Positions 58,701 to 64,000 of a stretch of DNA of 64,000 bases are shown piece by piece. Numbering within the stretch: the first letter of the stretch is position 1; every line of letters begins with the position of its first letter. Source of the stretch: Geosiphon pyriformis uo1 (lineage: Eukaryota > Fungi > Glomeromycota); the NCBI GenBank assembly GCA_016748015.1, contig JAAOMT010000226.1, forward strand, positions 1,098,604 through 1,162,603. Direction: 5' to 3'. Both the position numbers and the translations under genes were made by a program. The notes below the pieces were generated by a model. That model was not told where the DNA came from. It saw only the letters and a list, made by a program, of their open reading frames with translations, and did no database searches.

Positions 58701-61700
58701 ATATACAACTACTAATTTCTATAGCAGTCCAGTATAGACAATTTTCATAAGTTGTTGAAATGTGGCAGGGGCATTCATTAAGCCAAATAGCATCACTTCA
58801 AATTTGAAATTTTTTTTTCGTGTTATAAAAGCTGTTTTTTTTTATTTTCTGGTTTTATGGCTACTTGTCAGTAACTATTGTTTAAGTCCAATGTTGAGAA
58901 TCATTTCTTTCCTCCAAAAGCATCAAACAGTTCTTGGATCTTTAGAATTGGGTAGCTATCTTCTTTTGTTACTTTATTCAGTTTCCAGTAATCTACACAA
59001 AAGCAGATTTTTCCATTTTTTTTATGGACTAGTACCACTGGTGATGACTATAGGCTCATTAATGATTGAATTAATCTGCTGTTAAGCATCCAATTGATTT
59101 CTTGACAAATGATCTCATGACTGGCTGGTGGTACTCTGTATGCTCTTTGTTTGATTGGCATTGTATCTCTAGTCTTAATCTGATGCTGGATGATATCAGT
59201 ATGGCCAAATTTGTTTTCACTGGCAAAGATGTCATTAAAGTTGTTAAGTAATATCTTAAGCTGCATACATTGAAGTGGATCTAAGTTTCTTAAATTCATC
59301 TGTTCTAATTGTTCTGGTTGGAGCAGATAACATTTTTCTCATCTGTATATGGTTTGAAATGTGATATCTACATATTTATACAATTGTGAAAAGTTTGAAA
59401 TGGTGTTTGGCAGTTGGTCTTCAATTTCTGTGGTTAAGTATTCAATAGTGGTTTCTTTCAGTATCTTGATAATATCTTTTGTGTTGTTATAAATGGGAAT
59501 TTTGATATGTCTGTGGTTTTTTGCTGGTATGTATAGATTGACTAATCCAATCTTTCCTGATTCACAAAGTGTTGCTTTTGTCTCAAAAATCTGAATTTAA
59601 TCCTTTATCTTTCTTTTTATGACTACTATGTACTGATCATATAATAGAATAGAAATTGATTGATAAATGGAGATAATTTCTCCCTTTTCAATAGTTTTTT
59701 CTTCTACCATATTAACAGGTATGTCTATTCTACCCATGAATTCGAAACCCTGTATTCCTCTAGTTGTAATCCCTAATTCTTTTCTGTTTCTTACTGATAC
59801 TAATTCAGCTATTTTGACCAGAGACAGGAATATTGCCTGTGCTATCTTTTTGTTTGGCTCTATAATACAGGCCTTTTCTGAGTTATTTTGTAGTATTGCA
59901 ATAATATTTTCTACATATTCTGCATCAATTATTTCTTCTCTGATGTTGATTCCTTTTTTCACTAAACTATTTCTAAATGCTAATTGAACTATTGTTGTTG
60001 TTAGAATTTCCAGTGCTATTTTAAGATCAATGCAGATGCATAAGTGTGGTTCTAATTTGATGACATCTTTTCCCGAAAATCTTAAATCAAACCTTGCATT
60101 AGTATCATGTATATGTTCTGGCATAATATCCTCATTATTGTTATTAAACTATTTTAGTTTCTGCTCTTTGGAGAGGTCAGGAAATGCAATGTATTATTCA
60201 GGATTTGAATTGGAATTTGAATCATCATAATTTTCATTGCCATTTTGAACAGAACTGAAACTGTTATTTTTATTATCATCATTGTTAGAGTTTGAATTGG
60301 GATTGAAAGTTGATTCCAATTTTGATGTGCAGCTGCTAATTGGTTCCTTTTCCTCTGGGATCATGTAGATCATGCAGATTGGTGAATTGTAAATGAGATT
60401 ACACTCATTACAATATTAGAAGTCACAGAGAATTAAGCAATATTGACATAATTGAGTATTCAATTGCTCTAAACACTGTTCTTGTTTTTCTCTAGTGGAT
60501 GCTAATTCTTGGTAGTGTATATAAATCCAGGAGATTTATAACTGGTTCTGGGTTTCAGTCAAGTTCTATGAGTTTTAGAGGATTATTTTTTATTATTCTG
60601 ATTTCCTTTAGTGATGTACTTTTGATTTTGGCAAGTGCCATTTGCCATATTTTGTCATCATTATGTGGACAACTGTCCAGATGTTTTACTGTTCTTCTTT
60701 AGGCAGTTTTTATTGGTGTCTCTTTTTTAATTCAGTTGCTTATTAGAATTGTGTATTAACATGATTTGTTACATGTTTCTCCTCGCCCAAAAATGTCATT
60801 CCACATTTTTTTGTCTAAAAGAGTGTCTTCACAAGCCAAGCATGGTTTATTATCCCATTTTTTAATTTGTTTTGGTCTTCCAAAGCATTCAAAGATGTAT
60901 GGACAGCAATAAAATTTGGTTGCCATTGTGTATTCCTCATTATTGCTACAGTATGTGCCCATTAATAACAATTTCTTGCCACAATCAATGCATATGAGCT
61001 TTGGTCAATGATAGGTAGATTGTTATAGTGTAGTATAAGTGTAGGAGTTATAAGTGGTGGTGTTAATGGGTGTTATTTCTTTCTCCTTTTTTTTTTTTTT
61101 TCTCTTATTGCTTTTTTTCTCTTCTTAAGTTATTAGCTCTTTTTGGTTATTGTCAGTTCTTTAGGCTTGATCAGAATTTCAGATAAGTTCTTCTTTTTGC
61201 TTTCCTTTTTTATTGTCATTTCAAGAGAGTATTGGTGATAGTTCATTGTGGTTTTCATCAGCCCATAAAACTTGGTAAGCTTCCCAGGTAAGTTTTTTTT
61301 TGTCATTGTCGAACTCAATAAGAGATGCTGATGGCATAGTGATAGACTTGAAGTGGCTGCACATGGTGGGTACTCATGTGTATTGACCATTCTGGCTAAA
61401 TTAGAGCTCTTATGTGTTCTAATCAAGCATAGCATTGGTTTTGACTAGCCAGTCATTACCAATTAGTGCTTGATACTATGTAGCTTCTATCACTAAAACT
61501 TTGATTGGAGTAATAATACTGTTTACTTCAAAGAGAAAATTATCAATCTCGCCAATAGGAGTTTTGGTTGCTCTATTAGCCATTATTATTCTGGTGCTGG
61601 TAGTGTGATCAACTTGGCAACTTAATTGGTTTATGAGTTGTTGTGTGATGATGCTGCCTGTTGATCTGTTATCTAGAATTAGTTTAATAGTCTGTTTATT

Positions 61701-64000
61701 GATTTTGGCATCAGTGTACATTGCAGTAATAGGTTTGGTATTGAATACAGCTCCACTAAATAGTAAGACTGGTGTCATTTCTTTAAATTTGAAGGGAAAA
61801 ATTGCTGCTAGAGTTTTATCATTAGTGATGGTAGCTGACAGTATGTTGTTGGTGAGTGATTGTTTTTGGGTGGCTTCTGGGTTATTGGATGAGGTGTCTT
61901 TTGGGGTAACCAAAAGGCTTAAATAGTATTGGAAATTTGGGTTTTGGGCATGCCCAGTTCCCAAATTCTGAAAACATAATCCTGTTGCTTGGTAGAAAGA
62001 GCTGGAGATTGGCTAATAAACAACTATTGCTGATTTCCAGTTTTGAGTGACTCTCAATTTGGGATTTTCTGATGTCATTTGAGCTGGATTTAGTGGCGGT
62101 GTTTAAAGTTGCTGTGGTTGATAATTTACTGGTGGCTGTGATTGATATATGACTTGCAGCTGCAGTTAATAAATTGACAGTTAATATACAGGTGGTTAAT
62201 ACATTGGCTGTTGCATCAGTAACAGGTAAGTTGGTTGATATGAAGCTGAGTTTGATTGATAGTTTGGAGTTTAAAACCAGTAATCAGGATTTTGATATTG
62301 ATTTCCCAATTGTTAGTTATTTAAACATTGGCAGCAGTCAATTTGCAAGTGTTCTTGTTTACCACAATAATGGCAAGTGTGCATTTTTTGTTGTCACTAT
62401 TGATTGGTTGATAATGCTAGATGTGGTTAATTTTGGAAACAATTGAAGTTTCTTTGGTTGCTGCATCATTGTGGTGGTTGATAGATTGCCTGATTGTTGT
62501 TAGCTAAGTATTTTTTTAATTTTTGATTGATCAAATCATTGAATTGCTTCAATTTGGAATCCAAGTCAGATGATCTATTTATTACTAGATTTACTGCTTG
62601 GATGTGGTTAGCTTTAAGCTCAGCTGTTTCAAAATCTCTGGCATTTGTAATGGTGGCTTGAAGATCTGTTGGATGCATTGGACATATGTGTTAGAAAATG
62701 CTACTGCACAGATCTCTAATAAATTGGTTTAAGGTTTGTGGTCCCATAAAATAATCAGCCTGTATTGCCTGGATTTGGTGCAAATTTCTGTGGAAGCATT
62801 CCAAGTAAGTAGTGACTGCTTTTGTGTCTCCTTGTTTAATAGTGGTAAAGGTATTTGTTAGCTAATTAATACTATTATTATTGTTAAACTATTGTAGGAA
62901 TGCAAGTTTGAATGCATTGAAATTCTGAAGTTTGTTGGCTAAGCTTTGATATCATGAGTCAGTGGTATTCTAGAAAAAATATGGAATGGCTTGCATGACT
63001 CTGGTGTTATTCCATCTATTGGCTTTGATGGCTTTTTCAACATTATTTAGCCACACTTGGGTGTCATTTTCTTTGTCGGTGAATTTTTTAATCTTGGCTA
63101 TTGGTGCTTATGCCATTTGTTGTTATAGTTGTGGTGGTTGTTGGAGTGATTGCTGCAATTGTTGTTGAGGTAGTAATTGTGGCTGTTGCTGTTGTTGTTT
63201 GTCAATTGGTGGAACTAGTAATGGATTGATCATGATTTTCGGAAGTAAGTTTTTTTAAGTAATAATATCAGGGTTTTGATTATTCTGATTTTTCGGAGTT
63301 TGATTAACCAGAGTTTCAATTTCTAAATTTTCTAGAATCAGGTTTTGTTTGCTAATTTCCTGATTACTACCTTTTTTTTCTTCAGAGTCAGTTATTTTTT
63401 AAGAATTAATGGCTCCAAAATCTGGTTGTGGTGGAGGTAATTAAATTCCTGATGGTGTTGGGAATTGCGATTTGAATTCTTCAAAGTAATCACTGTATGT
63501 TCCTAATAATTCTGTTTTTTTTTGTTTGCTTTAAAATGGAATTCTGTTTAGTGGTGCTATTTTGCTTGCTGTAGCTGTGTTTATTATATTGATAGTACTT
63601 CTGGGTATGTAGTGGTATGATGGATTAGCAAGTAAATCAAATCTTTGTTTTTTCCAAGTGGGTAATTGGATTTGCTTTGGTGTTCTTGCTAGTGTTTGTA
63701 ACCTTCCTTTTCTTTTATTGGCAAAAGTGATAGGAAATCTCTGCTTGGTGTATTTTTCAATTTTCTTGTTTATTTCTGTGATTAAGAGTGCAAATAAGTA
63801 GTTTTGTAGAAGGGTGGTGCTTTGGAGTAGTTTACTGAAGAAATTGTTAAAAGTAGATTCTGGATCTTTTTAGTCTTCTAAGTGATATACTATTCTTTCA
63901 TTGACATAGTAATTGAAAGCTGATTCTGTTGGCCAACTATTATTTGTTAATCCAAGATAAGTGTAATAGTGTTAGAATAAAGATTTTGCAAATCCCAAAT
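54968..64000 (-). mobile_element. Ty3/Gypsy copy C (5' LTR beyond window): gag, CCHC, PR, Cys-rich region, dUTPase, RT, RNase H, integrase, ORF3, 3' LTR
   Basis: Gag core 62470-63100; CHYCGKQEHLQIDC at ~62336-62377; PR 61476-61964; dUTPase 59730-60125; YLDD at ~58692-58703; ITDASGQALGAVL; integrase 56488-57868; ORF3 55797-56463. Confidence 0.95.

Overview
Eukaryotic, fungal-type genomic DNA with short introns and very AT-rich, decayed repeats. The gene and TE sequences look like an early-diverging fungus, probably Glomeromycotina (inference, not searched). Two compact gene islands sit among nested, transition-decayed transposons. Island 1 (11.96-20.4 kb) holds QTRT1/tgt(-), ATP2(+) and MCM2(+). 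Island 2 (31.9-39.0 kb) holds CLP1(-) head-to-head with a coiled-coil protein whose C-terminus resembles metazoan ICE1 (little elongation complex). The repeats are three divergent Ty3/Gypsy copies, several solo LTRs, L1-like LINEs carrying RNase H, and a fossil hAT transposon with an intact 8-bp TSD. The Gypsy copies share an unusual layout: Gag-PR-Cys-rich-dUTPase-RT-RH, then integrase as a separate ORF, then an unknown ORF3. Best leads: (1) a U1 stem-loop-II-like U1A-binding hairpin next to a stop-generating cryptic acceptor in a long intron of the ICE1-like gene, a candidate snRNA-homeostasis feedback loop; (2) the ICE1-like gene itself in a fungus; (3) the three-ORF dUTPase Gypsy family; (4) non-GT splice donors in all five genes (GC-AG, GA-AG and a U12 AT-AC intron; the MCM2 case is only probable). 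All exon models were built by hand.
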